Of a stretch of 53,687 nt of DNA, positions 18,230 to 26,257 are shown in pieces (the stretch's first letter is position 1; each line of letters opens with the position of its first letter). This DNA comes from Hyphomicrobiales bacterium. Lineage in GTDB: Bacteria; Pseudomonadota; Alphaproteobacteria; Rhizobiales; JAKSCL01. Where the stretch lies: NCBI GenBank assembly GCA_022360615.1, contig JAKSCL010000295.1, positions 1 through 53,687 on the forward strand, in the 5' to 3' direction. A model generated the notes under the pieces. It searched no databases. It was not told the DNA's origin and was given only the letters and a program-made list of their open reading frames with translations. Made by a program: the position numbers and the translations under genes.

Positions 18230-18402
18230 CCGCCGCTCTCCCCTGCCTCGCCGTTCCGTTCTGCCGGGGCTTCAAGCAGGACCGCCGGGCGATCGGCGGG
18301 TGTTGTCTGACGCATCACGAGCGCCGCGATAAAGGCAAGCGGCAAGGCGATCCCGAGGATCGTCCAGATGGCCGCGTGGGCCTTGCGGTGCGGACCTTTC
18401 AT
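18226..18402 (-). CDS. hypothetical single-TM small protein (58 aa)
   Basis: MKGPHRKAHAAIWTILGIALPLAFIAALVMR... Stop overlaps the Rieske-fusion ATG (ATGA). Internal ATG at 18402 chosen, because the longer ORF would overlap the upstream gene. Confidence 0.5.
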   Translation of the reverse strand: MKGPHRKAHAAIWTILGIALPLAFIAALVMRQTTPADRPAVLLEAPAERNGEAGESGG

Positions 18403-18409
18403 GACGCCC

Positions 18410-18622
18410 TCATGCCTTCTTCCGCTCAAGCTGCAGCCAGCGCAGAAGCACGAAGGGCCAGAGCACCACGACGCCAAAGGCAATCAGCGGGCGGAACATG
18501 TACGTCCCGCGCGCGGACGCATCAATCCGGTCAATGCCGACGAGTAGAAACACGGCGGCAACCGCGATGCCGATCATGCCATAAATCTTCACCGCTTCGA
18601 CGATGAACGCCGCTGTCTCCAT
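18410..18622 (-). CDS. hypothetical 2-TM small protein (70 aa)
   Basis: METAAFIVEAVKIYGMIGIAVAAVFLLVGIDRID...LIAFGVVVLWPFVLLRWL. First gene of the coupled operon. Confidence 0.55.
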   Translation of the reverse strand: METAAFIVEAVKIYGMIGIAVAAVFLLVGIDRIDASARGTYMFRPLIAFGVVVLWPFVLLRWLQLERKKA

Positions 18623-18757
18623 GCGCGCGCCTTACCCCCGTCCGCTCAAAAGATTCACCTACCCAATTAGCAAATCCGAAGGACCGCGCAACGCCAGATC
18701 GACTTTCGTCGCAGTGGTTTTCTGGTGAACCGGGAAGAATTGATCGCTTTGGCGGCT

Positions 18758-19459
18758 TCAAGCCACAAGCGACGCGGAGAAAATCTGAGAGGCGATGTCC
18801 GCGTTCGACGGGGTGCTGCGATAAGCGTTTTCGGCCACCAGGCGGCTCGCCTCGTCGCGGGGGGCTGTTCTGCGGGGATCCTCGTCCTCGCCACCTCTTT
18901 GTTCCTCCACGCGTTGTTTGGCCAGTTCGGCTTGCGCCTGGGCACGCTGTTGTTGCGCCGTACGGGCAACGGCCATGTCCTGGCTCGATGGCTCAGCCGG
19001 GGCAAGAGCTGCCCGGATGACAACATCCATCTTCCGTATTGTCGCTTCCGGATTATCGCGAACCGGCGCCACGTCGATCTCGACTTCACCGGAGACGGCA
19101 TATTTGCGCCCGTCGGGTCCGGTGGTGAACTCATATTTCGGCGGACCGGCATACGTGCCCCCAACAGTCGCATGGGCCTGCTCGTGGGCGCGGACTTCCG
19201 CATCGCGCTTTTTCAGTTCCTGGACTTGCTTTTCCTCGCCTTCGGTCAGTTCTTCGCCGCCTGCAGCTTTTGCCTTTCCTGGTTTTTCGGTCTCTTCCAC
19301 CGGGCGGCTCGATTGTGCAGCCTCGACACGGTTCGTTGCGGCGCCAGCGGCTTCCGCCGGTGCCACGCCGATGCGTTCCGCAGCCTGGTCCGGACGGCCA
19401 GCGGAGAGACGGTCAAACGTCCCCGCACTCCCCGTGAAACTGGTTGAGCCTGACACCAT
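18758..19459 (-). CDS. SprA-related / putative metalloprotease (CJM1_0395-type) family protein
   Basis: ...ELKKRDAEVRAHEQAHATVGG...PKYEFTTGPDGRKYAVSGEV... is the signature of the SprA-related family as I recall it. It contains an HExxH (HEQAH). Confidence 0.78.
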   Translation of the reverse strand: MVSGSTSFTGSAGTFDRLSAGRPDQAAERIGVAPAEAAGAATNRVEAAQSSRPVEETEKPGKAKAAGGEELTEGEEKQVQELKKRDAEVRAHEQAHATVGGTYAGPPKYEFTTGPDGRKYAVSGEVEIDVAPVRDNPEATIRKMDVVIRAALAPAEPSSQDMAVARTAQQQRAQAQAELAKQRVEEQRGGEDEDPRRTAPRDEASRLVAENAYRSTPSNADIASQIFSASLVA

Positions 19460-19645
19460 GGCGTCCAGTTTAGGCTTGGAACCCTCGCCAGCGGGTTAAC
19501 GGTGTATGAAGGTGCATTCGGCTACGATCATAACGCCGTGAATTCACCTTCCCGTAGATTCTCCGCTAACTCACTTTCGATCCTGGCGCTTTGCGCTACA
19601 CTGAAAGAACAACGGGTCGCATTGGACGAGGCAACACCCGGTCTT

Positions 19646-20116
19646 ATGTTTGATAAATTGCGCTCATTTCTCGAAGACCTAACGGGCAAAAGCGGCAAGC
19701 TGGACCTGGAAAAGGAACTCGACGAAAAAATTGCCGCAGCGGCACTGCTTGTCCATGCCGTTGCCGTGGACGGTGTAATTGAGAATGCCGAGCGCGAGAA
19801 GATGTCGGCGCTTCTGCAAAGCCATTTCTCGCTCAGCAAGAAAGAGACCGACCAACTGATCGAAGAGGCGCGCGAGCGCGATTTTGAATCGGTCGATCTT
19901 TACGGCTTCACGAGTGTCTTGAACCGGAGGCTCGATCATGACGGGCGCAGGCGCATCGTCGAGATGCTTTGGGAAATCGTCTATGCCGATGGAAGCGTCC
20001 ACGAATTCGAGGATAATCTCATCTGGCGGGTGGCGGAGCTTCTCGGCGTTTCGACGCGCACGCGCGTGCGCCTGCGCAAACAGGTGAGCGCTGAGCAGGA
20101 AAACGATGACATTTAA
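19646..20116 (+). CDS. TerB-family (tellurite-resistance TerB-like) protein
   Basis: MFDKLRSFLEDLTG N-terminus and AAALLVHAVAVDGVIENAEREKM...LWEIVYADGSVHEFEDNLIWRVAELLGV repeats. ATG at 19646 preferred over the lower-GC extension from 19502. Confidence 0.8.
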   Translation: MFDKLRSFLEDLTGKSGKLDLEKELDEKIAAAALLVHAVAVDGVIENAEREKMSALLQSHFSLSKKETDQLIEEARERDFESVDLYGFTSVLNRRLDHDGRRRIVEMLWEIVYADGSVHEFEDNLIWRVAELLGVSTRTRVRLRKQVSAEQENDDI

Positions 20117-20867
20117 GATTCTCATCGTCGTTCATCAGGAAACGTCCTCGCCCGGACGGGTCGGACACATGCTTGAGGGGATGGGATACCGGCTCGATAT
20201 CCGCCGTCCGCGCTTCGGCGATCCCCTGCCCGAGACAATGGACGATCATGCGGCGGCGGTTATCTTCGGCGGGCCGATGAGCGCCAATGACGGGGATGAC
20301 TTCATCAAACAGGAAATCGATTGGATTGGCGTTCCTTTAAGGGACAAGAAGCCGTTTCTGGGAATTTGCCTCGGCGCTCAAATGCTTGCCAAGCACCTTG
20401 GCGGCAGCGTTGCGCCGCATCCGCACGGGCACGCCGAGATCGGCTATTACCGCATACGGCCAACGGATGCGGGGCGGCGGCTCACCTGGTGGCCGGAACA
20501 GGTCTATCAATGGCACCGTGACGGCTTCACCTTGCCGCGTGATGCAACGCTTCTGGCAGAGGCCGAGATTTTCCCTGAACAGGCCTTCTCCTTTGGACGA
20601 TCCGCCTATGGCTTGCAGTTCCACCCGGAATTGACGTTGGCCATGATGAACCGCTGGACGGTGAAGGGGGCGCATCGTCTTCTCCTGCCCGGCGCCAAAT
20701 CCCGGGCGGAGCATTTTTCAGGCCGCGCACTTCATGACGGCGCGCTCCGCCGCTGGCTTCGAAACTTCCTGAAGTTCTGGATGCGGTGCGGTTGCGAATC
20801 ACCGCAAATCGAGACCGGTTTCGGTGGCGGCCGGCTTGAACTGCCGATTGCCGCCATCAAGTCGTGA
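20106..20867 (+). CDS. class I glutamine amidotransferase-like protein
   Basis: GICLGAQ nucleophile-elbow Cys and LQFHPE His motif. Overlaps the terB-like stop by 11 nt. Confidence 0.88.
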   Translation: MTFKILIVVHQETSSPGRVGHMLEGMGYRLDIRRPRFGDPLPETMDDHAAAVIFGGPMSANDGDDFIKQEIDWIGVPLRDKKPFLGICLGAQMLAKHLGGSVAPHPHGHAEIGYYRIRPTDAGRRLTWWPEQVYQWHRDGFTLPRDATLLAEAEIFPEQAFSFGRSAYGLQFHPELTLAMMNRWTVKGAHRLLLPGAKSRAEHFSGRALHDGALRRWLRNFLKFWMRCGCESPQIETGFGGGRLELPIAAIKS

Positions 20868-21170
20868 CGGCGGGCCGTTCAAAGCAGCCTATTTCGCAAT
20901 TTGCGATGCGCTCTGCATAAACTTCCGGAGCATTACGCGAAATCTTCGCAATTGACGCCATTTGATTGCAAAATATGGGTTTTTTCGATGCGTTCACCGT
21001 TTGGCAAGTGGATTGGCCCATAACGGTGTCTAGCTGGCTGGAAGGTATTGCGTCGTCAGCTTGAGCGGGGCGGAGGAAGGCTGTGCTGTCACCCCTTGCA
21101 AAGTGCGGCCTTCCCCCGTCACCCTGCCCTTTCGGGCAGAGCGACTATCCGCCATTCCCCGCCTTTTCTC

Positions 21171-21196
21171 AAGCCTGCCCGGTCCCGGGCCGGCTT
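21171..21196 (-). terminator. GC-rich hairpin just downstream of the OsmC-like gene (no U-run)
   Basis: AAGCC-T-GCCCGG-TC-CCGGGC-C-GGCTT read directly. Lies 11 nt beyond the stop at 21207. Confidence 0.45.
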
Positions 21197-21206
21197 GTAT
21201 GAGCTT

Positions 21207-21818
21207 CTAAGCAACCTTGGAAAGCGGCGCGCCGTTCAGTTTCACTGAAATATTTGCAGGCGTCTTCTGGGTCATGGCCTGCAGCGACATGCAGGCCTGC
21301 CGGCACCAGCGTACGAAATCCTCGACATCTTTTTCCGATTGCTCCGTCTCAATCAGAAGGTGGATGTCAACCTTGTCCGCCGCCCCGAAGACATCCTTTG
21401 GATGGATGCCGCCAAGATTGAGCGTCGTTGAGAAACACGCCTTCTGCTCAAGCCTTGTCTTGAGATCGATGCCGAGCTGATTTGCGAGCATCTCGATATG
21501 CGACATCATGCAAAGCGCGAGACCGGTGGCGAAATACATGATGGGGGACGGCGCGCTGCCCCGTCCACCGACAGCGGTTCCCTCGTCGCTGATGATTTCC
21601 CAGGTTCCGCCGTTCGGCACGTTTGAAAAGATCGTCGCCTTTTTCAAGTGCTTGCCTTGAGGCAGCGCTTCCACATTCACATGCGCGTTGAACTGCATGG
21701 TCTGGCCCTGCTTCACCTTTTCCAAGGCCGGATCGCCAAAAGTCTCCTGCGATCCCTCGCGGTCGACCTTCCTTACGATTGTGTCCTCCCGCATCGTCCA
21801 TGAGACGGTGTCATTCAT
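21207..21818 (-). CDS. OsmC/Ohr-family peroxiredoxin-like protein (long form, 203 aa)
   Basis: ...GGRGSAPSPIMYFATGLALCMMSH... core motif. ATG at 21818 chosen, since the longer ORF would run into the operator region. Confidence 0.8.
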   Translation of the reverse strand: MNDTVSWTMREDTIVRKVDREGSQETFGDPALEKVKQGQTMQFNAHVNVEALPQGKHLKKATIFSNVPNGGTWEIISDEGTAVGGRGSAPSPIMYFATGLALCMMSHIEMLANQLGIDLKTRLEQKACFSTTLNLGGIHPKDVFGAADKVDIHLLIETEQSEKDVEDFVRWCRQACMSLQAMTQKTPANISVKLNGAPLSKVA

Positions 21819-21849
21819 CGTCAAATCCTCTTGCTGCTCCGTGCGTATG

Positions 21850-21900
21850 GTTGCAATATGCAACTTTCTCCATGTGGGGATACTAGTTGCTATATGCAAC
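21850..21900. promoter_or_regulatory. two near-identical palindromic boxes, probable MarR operators
   Basis: GTTGCAATATGCAAC (21850-21864) and GTTGCTATATGCAAC (21886-21900), 36 bp apart, in the divergent osmC-like/marR intergenic region. Confidence 0.55.
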
Positions 21901-21971
21901 TATCTTTAGCGTATTTCGATAGGGCGATGAAACGGATGGGTAGAGGCAGGGGCTGGGCGACGGGGGAGAAC

Positions 21972-22436
21972 ATGGGACTCGACAACAGAGTTCCCTTTCT
22001 CCTCTCTCGGACGAGCTATCTGATTAAGAAGCACATATTGAGTACACTCGCTGGCCAGGGTTTGGACGGTCTGACTGGAGAGGAAATGGCTATTCTCGGC
22101 CGCGTTCACGAAACGCCTGGTCTCTCGCAATCGGAAATCTCGAACCGGACCATCAAAGACAAAACCACCGTTTCGCGCCTGATTGCCGGAATGGAGCGGA
22201 AAAACCTGATCGAGAGACGGCGGGATGCGGCGGACAAGCGGGTTTTTCACATCCATTTAACCGAGAAGGGTGAGATGTTTGCGGTGGCGCTCTTCGATCT
22301 CATGGATCGGGTGACCGAGGACATTACCGCGGAGATCTCGAATGAGGATCTGGAGACAACGCTTAAAACGTTGAAGGCAGTCTATGCGCGGGCCATCACG
22401 CTGCATGCCTTGGAAGATGAGGTGTCAGGAAAGTAG
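21972..22436 (+). CDS. MarR family transcriptional regulator
   Basis: Winged-helix region ...LSQSEISNRTIKDKTTVSRLIAGMERKNLIERRRDAADKRVFHIHLTEKG. ATG at 21972 has GGGGGAGA 4 nt upstream. Confidence 0.88.
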   Translation: MGLDNRVPFLLSRTSYLIKKHILSTLAGQGLDGLTGEEMAILGRVHETPGLSQSEISNRTIKDKTTVSRLIAGMERKNLIERRRDAADKRVFHIHLTEKGEMFAVALFDLMDRVTEDITAEISNEDLETTLKTLKAVYARAITLHALEDEVSGK

Positions 22437-22558
22437 AGGCCTTTCTCGGCAGCTTCCGGAACAAGGCCGCGACCGCGGTCCGGGCCATCGCCCGCCCGGC
22501 CGGAGACCGTGAACGCGGCGAACTGGTACCTATCTCTCCAGGTCGGACAGGCAGAAAA

Positions 22559-22634
<76 letters not shown>

Positions 22635-22755
22635 GGAAGCGTGTGATTTAGGTGGAGGGCTTCGCTTCTGTCAACGGCCTCGTGCACCGGACTTGGCCTT
22701 CTTGCAATGGGAAATCGTTTAAAGCCTGCTTGCGGCATTCCCGGCAGGAGGTTAC

Positions 22756-22851
22756 ATGACGCGGAAAGACGCGTTCCCTGTGTCCAACAACAGGTTCCTT
22801 AGGCGTTTATGCGCCGCCCGCTCTATCAACGTCTTTGACGGCTCTCCATGA
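22756..22851 (+). CDS. candidate 31-codon upstream ORF coupled to yggT
   Basis: GGAGG sits 5 nt before the ATG at 22756. Translates MTRKDAFPVSNNRFLRRLCAARSINVFDGSP. Its TGA overlaps the yggT ATG (ATGA), and yggT itself has no SD. Confidence 0.3.
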   Translation: MTRKDAFPVSNNRFLRRLCAARSINVFDGSP

Positions 22852-23129
22852 ATTCGCTTCTCATTCTGATCGACAGCATCATAACAATCTATATCTGGCT
22901 GATTGTCGCGAGCGCGATCCTTAGCTGGCTCGTGGCGTTCAATGTGGTCAATAGCCAGAACCGTATCGTCAACGCCATCGGCGACACGCTCTACCGGCTC
23001 ACGGAACCCGCCTTGAGACCGGTGCGGAATATCCTCCCCAGTCTCGGTGGCATCGATGTTTCGCCCGTCGTCGTGATCCTTTTGCTGATCTTTATCCGAA
23101 ACCTTCTTTTTGAGTATTGGCCGCGTTAG
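22848..23129 (+). CDS. yggT: YggT family membrane protein
   Basis: ...IYIWLIVASAILSWL...EPALRPVRNILPSLGGIDVSPVV... is typical of YggT. Confidence 0.88.
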   Translation: MNSLLILIDSIITIYIWLIVASAILSWLVAFNVVNSQNRIVNAIGDTLYRLTEPALRPVRNILPSLGGIDVSPVVVILLLIFIRNLLFEYWPR

Positions 23130-23252
23130 CACTCCTTGAACTCCGATTGCATGGTTTTGACCGCTAAGCCCCGAAGGCTGGCGCAAAACCGGCGCTGGCT
23201 CTTTGACGTCGCCACAGAGCGGTGATCGACAACAACGTGTCGGGAGGACAAG

Positions 23253-24155
23253 ATGGCACAGATACTTGACGGCAAAGCGGTTGCAGCCCGGCTTCGCCGG
23301 GACATCGCCAAGGATGTCGACCATTTGGCCGGCGTAGCGGGTTTCACGCCGGCCCTTGCCGTGGTGCTCGTAGGCAATGACCCCGCCAGTCAAGTCTATG
23401 TGCGCAACAAGACCCGCCAGACGGAAGAGACGGGCATGCGCTCCATCGAGCACCGCCTTCCGGAAGAGACGCCTGAGGCCGATCTTCTCTCGCTCGTTGA
23501 GGAACTCAATGCGGACCCGCAGGTGAGCGGCATCCTCGTGCAGTTTCCGCTTCCCGCGCACATCGATGCCGATAAGGTTGTCGCAACCATCGATCCGGCA
23601 AAGGATGTGGACGGCCTAACGCCGTTCAATGCCGGGCAGTTGGTGCTCGGCAAGCCGGCGCTCGCGCCATGCACGCCGCAGGGCTGCGTGGTTCTGGCCA
23701 AGGAAGCTCTTGGCGCCGACCTTACTGGACGCACCGTCGTCGTTATCGGCCGTTCGATCCTGGTGGGCAAGCCGGCCGCCCTTCTCTTTCTCAACGAGAA
23801 CTGCACGGTCACCATTGCGCATTCGAAGACGCACGATCTTCCGGGGCTTTGCCGCACGGCCGATATTCTGGTCCCCGCTGTGGGGCGTCCTGAGATGGTG
23901 CGCGGCGATTGGGTGAAACCGGGTGCGACCGTCATTGATGTGGGCATCAACCGGATCGATGCGCCGGAGAAAGGTGAAGGCGCGACGCGTCTTGTCGGGG
24001 ATGTCGCCTATGCAGAAGCCGAGAGCGTGGCCGGTGCCATTACGCCCGTGCCCGGCGGTGTCGGACCGATGACCATCGCACTTCTTCTCAAAAACACCGT
24101 GAGAGCGGCGGCTTCAGCCCGAGGCTTCGATCTTTCCGCGGCGTCTTCGGCGTAG
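23253..24155 (+). CDS. folD: bifunctional methylenetetrahydrofolate dehydrogenase/cyclohydrolase
   Basis: [11 protein letters not shown]..., [34 protein letters not shown]. Confidence 0.95.
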   Translation: MAQILDGKAVAARLRRDIAKDVDHLAGVAGFTPALAVVLVGNDPASQVYVRNKTRQTEETGMRSIEHRLPEETPEADLLSLVEELNADPQVSGILVQFPLPAHIDADKVVATIDPAKDVDGLTPFNAGQLVLGKPALAPCTPQGCVVLAKEALGADLTGRTVVVIGRSILVGKPAALLFLNENCTVTIAHSKTHDLPGLCRTADILVPAVGRPEMVRGDWVKPGATVIDVGINRIDAPEKGEGATRLVGDVAYAEAESVAGAITPVPGGVGPMTIALLLKNTVRAAASARGFDLSAASSA

Positions 24156-24196
24156 CTTTTGGAGCGGATCGAATCCCTCATAAAACGGAAAGAAGT

Positions 24197-24730
24197 TCAC
24201 GCCGCTTTCTTCGCTTGTTCGATTGCATCGAGGATCATGGTCTTTGCTTCATCGGGACCGCCCCAGCGGATGATCCTCGCCCATTTTCCCTCTTCGAGAT
24301 CCTTGTAGTGCTCAAAGAAATGGGCGATCTGATTGATCAGCATTTCAGGCAGATCGGCATAGGTTTCGACCGTGTCGTACATCCTGGTGAGCTTGGACGA
24401 GGGAAGCGCGATGATCTTTTCGTCCTGGCCCGCCTCGTCCTCCATCACCATTACGCCGACGGTGCGGCAATTGATGATGCAGCCGGGAATGAGCGCGCGC
24501 CGGTTTGCAACCAACACGTCGACCGGATCGCCATCGCCTGAGAGCGTGTGCGGGATGAAGCCGTAATTCCCGGGATAACGCATTGCCGTATAGAGAAACC
24601 GGTCGACCACCATCGTGCCCGCCGCCTTGTCCATCTCGTATTTGATAGGCTCGTCGCCAAGAGGGACCTCGACAATTACGTTGAAATCCTCAGGCGGGTT
24701 TTTTCCGATGTCGATTGCGTCGATACGCAT
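24197..24730 (-). CDS. ppa: inorganic pyrophosphatase
   Basis: ...NVIVEVPLG...KYEMDK...VVDRFLYT...[21 protein letters not shown]. Confidence 0.95.
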   Translation of the reverse strand: MRIDAIDIGKNPPEDFNVIVEVPLGDEPIKYEMDKAAGTMVVDRFLYTAMRYPGNYGFIPHTLSGDGDPVDVLVANRRALIPGCIINCRTVGVMVMEDEAGQDEKIIALPSSKLTRMYDTVETYADLPEMLINQIAHFFEHYKDLEEGKWARIIRWGGPDEAKTMILDAIEQAKKAA

Positions 24731-24885
24731 TCCGGTCTCCTGACACGTTCTTTAACTCTAGCGTGTGAACCGGTTTAACGCATATCGACTCAATCCGCAC
24801 GCAAGGGGTTGCGATACGTTCCGCTGCTACGCGATGCAATAGGCTGGATGCGGTACCATAGAGATCGCTGACAAGGAGGTGTGCG

Positions 24886-25557
24886 ATGCGAAAAGTCATT
24901 ATAGCGGCGGTCGTTTACTTGGAATCGTTCCGCCGCTCTGTTTCTTTGTTGTCGCATCGTTTTTCGCGCAAAACCGGTGCCCACTTTCCCACACGATGCT
25001 CTAACGCGATTGCCGCGGGCGCGTTGGGAGCCGGCATAATTATCTCCGCGCCCGCCCACGCCGGCCAGTTCGACAGCGCTTACACAAAAATCGATCTGGA
25101 CATGTGCCCGAAACGCGAGGAGTGGGAACTTGGCGCGTCCTTTACCTGCGAGGGTTACAAAGGATGGCCGTTGATTGTCGCTGAGTCCGACTTGCGCTTT
25201 TACATCGCCTACAGCGAAGACACCGAAGGGCAGACAAGCTTTGGCCAGACTATTCCGGCCTTCAACACGATCCATGACACTCTGGAGTGGCGTTTGAAAA
25301 AGGGCCCGGACGGAGGTTGGCAGCCCCTGGCGACCATTCTGAGATATTACACGGACGGTGCGGCGGCCGATGGTTCGACCAAGCAAGGGGAGGTTCTGGT
25401 CGTCACCAAGATTGGGGCGGACGATTCTTGCCACATTGCGCATATCAATGCGCTGACCGTGCCGGACGCCAATTTGGTTGCGCGCCGGATCGCCGATGAA
25501 AAGGCAGCAAGCTTCGACTGCGAAAACGGCGAGATCGAACGTGTCGGTGCGATGTAA
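24886..25557 (+). CDS. hypothetical exported 4-Cys protein
   Basis: AAGGAGG SD precedes the ATG. An A/G/I-rich signal-like segment ends in APAHA. No family recognised. Confidence 0.6.
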   Translation: MRKVIIAAVVYLESFRRSVSLLSHRFSRKTGAHFPTRCSNAIAAGALGAGIIISAPAHAGQFDSAYTKIDLDMCPKREEWELGASFTCEGYKGWPLIVAESDLRFYIAYSEDTEGQTSFGQTIPAFNTIHDTLEWRLKKGPDGGWQPLATILRYYTDGAAADGSTKQGEVLVVTKIGADDSCHIAHINALTVPDANLVARRIADEKAASFDCENGEIERVGAM

Positions 25558-25562
25558 TCGGA

Positions 25563-26069
25563 TCAGCGCCAGACGAAGGCGATCTTCTCGAATTTAAGGC
25601 CGCCGAGCGCTTCGATCGTGCGGGCGTGTTCCTTGCCGCCGAGGGCTTCGTAAAAGCGGCAGGCGGACTCGTTGGCACCCAGCGACCAAACGAGATGACC
25701 GGTATACCCGCGCTCGCGCATGCGGCGCCGTGCTTCCTTGAAGAGGCGCTTGCCAAAGCCGACGCCTTGATATTGCGGCTTCAGATAGAGTTCGTAAATC
25801 TCGCCGCCGAGCGCCAGCTTGCGCACCCGGTTCGGACCGAAAGTGGCATAGCCTGCGACCTCATGGTCGAATTCGAGAAGCAGCGCTTGACCGCCGACGC
25901 GGTGCATGCGCTCCCACCAGCGCACATCGCGCCGCTGGATCATTTTCTCAAGTGTGACGGCCGGGATGATGCCGCGATAGGCGTAGCGCCAAGCATCCTG
26001 ATGCAGGCAGGTCAGCGTTGCAGCGTCCGCCCTCGTCGATATCCGAATGTCGATCGGTACCGTGCTCAT
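25563..26069 (-). CDS. GNAT family N-acetyltransferase
   Basis: ...LYLKPQYQGVGFGKRLF... acetyl-CoA-binding (Q/RxxGxG) motif. Confidence 0.85.
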   Translation of the reverse strand: MSTVPIDIRISTRADAATLTCLHQDAWRYAYRGIIPAVTLEKMIQRRDVRWWERMHRVGGQALLLEFDHEVAGYATFGPNRVRKLALGGEIYELYLKPQYQGVGFGKRLFKEARRRMRERGYTGHLVWSLGANESACRFYEALGGKEHARTIEALGGLKFEKIAFVWR

Positions 26070-26257
26070 GGGGAAAGGCTAGGTCGAAACCCCCCATCAC
26101 GGGAAGTGGTAAAATTATGTATCGTGTCAAAAAAACTGCTTGACGCAACAGCTTCCCAAAGCCGACAGGATACCGGATGCGCTGTTCTACGGGAATCGGT
26201 CGAATTCTGTGCGTTTGGCCGATATGAGATGAACGCAGGCTGGCCAATGTGGACGGT

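Noticed and set aside
20975-21064. 29-codon ORF MGFFDAFTVWQVDWPITVSSWLEGIASSA, and a 34-codon minus-strand ORF starting at about 20960.
   Set aside because: No SD for either. They lie in the AT-rich palindromic segment, and conservation cannot be assessed here.
21083-21202. 39-codon GTG ORF with a GGAGGAAGG SD (MLSPLAKCGLPPSPCPFGQSDYPPFPAFSQACPVPGRLV).
   Set aside because: The SD and most codons are parts of the GC hairpin stems described for this spacer. The Pro/Cys-rich product looks like translated structured RNA. It remains a remote possibility under the intergenic finding.
23130-23252. Possible ZTP (pfl) or THF riboswitch upstream of folD.
   Set aside because: I could not find the conserved ZTP elements (the ACUGGCG...CCGGG sub-domain plus the CCGCCUGGGC pseudoknot partner) or a THF-like fold. 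Only a generic GGCTGGCG string is present.
22752-23561. 269-aa minus-strand ORF spanning yggT and the folD 5' end.
   Set aside because: It overlaps two unambiguous plus-strand genes (YggT and FolD motifs), and its translation has no recognisable features.
24930-24960. Tat-like RRSVSLL motif in the hypothetical exported protein.
   Set aside because: The hydrophobic h-region lies about 20 residues further downstream, which is atypical for a twin-arginine signal. The start codon itself is uncertain.
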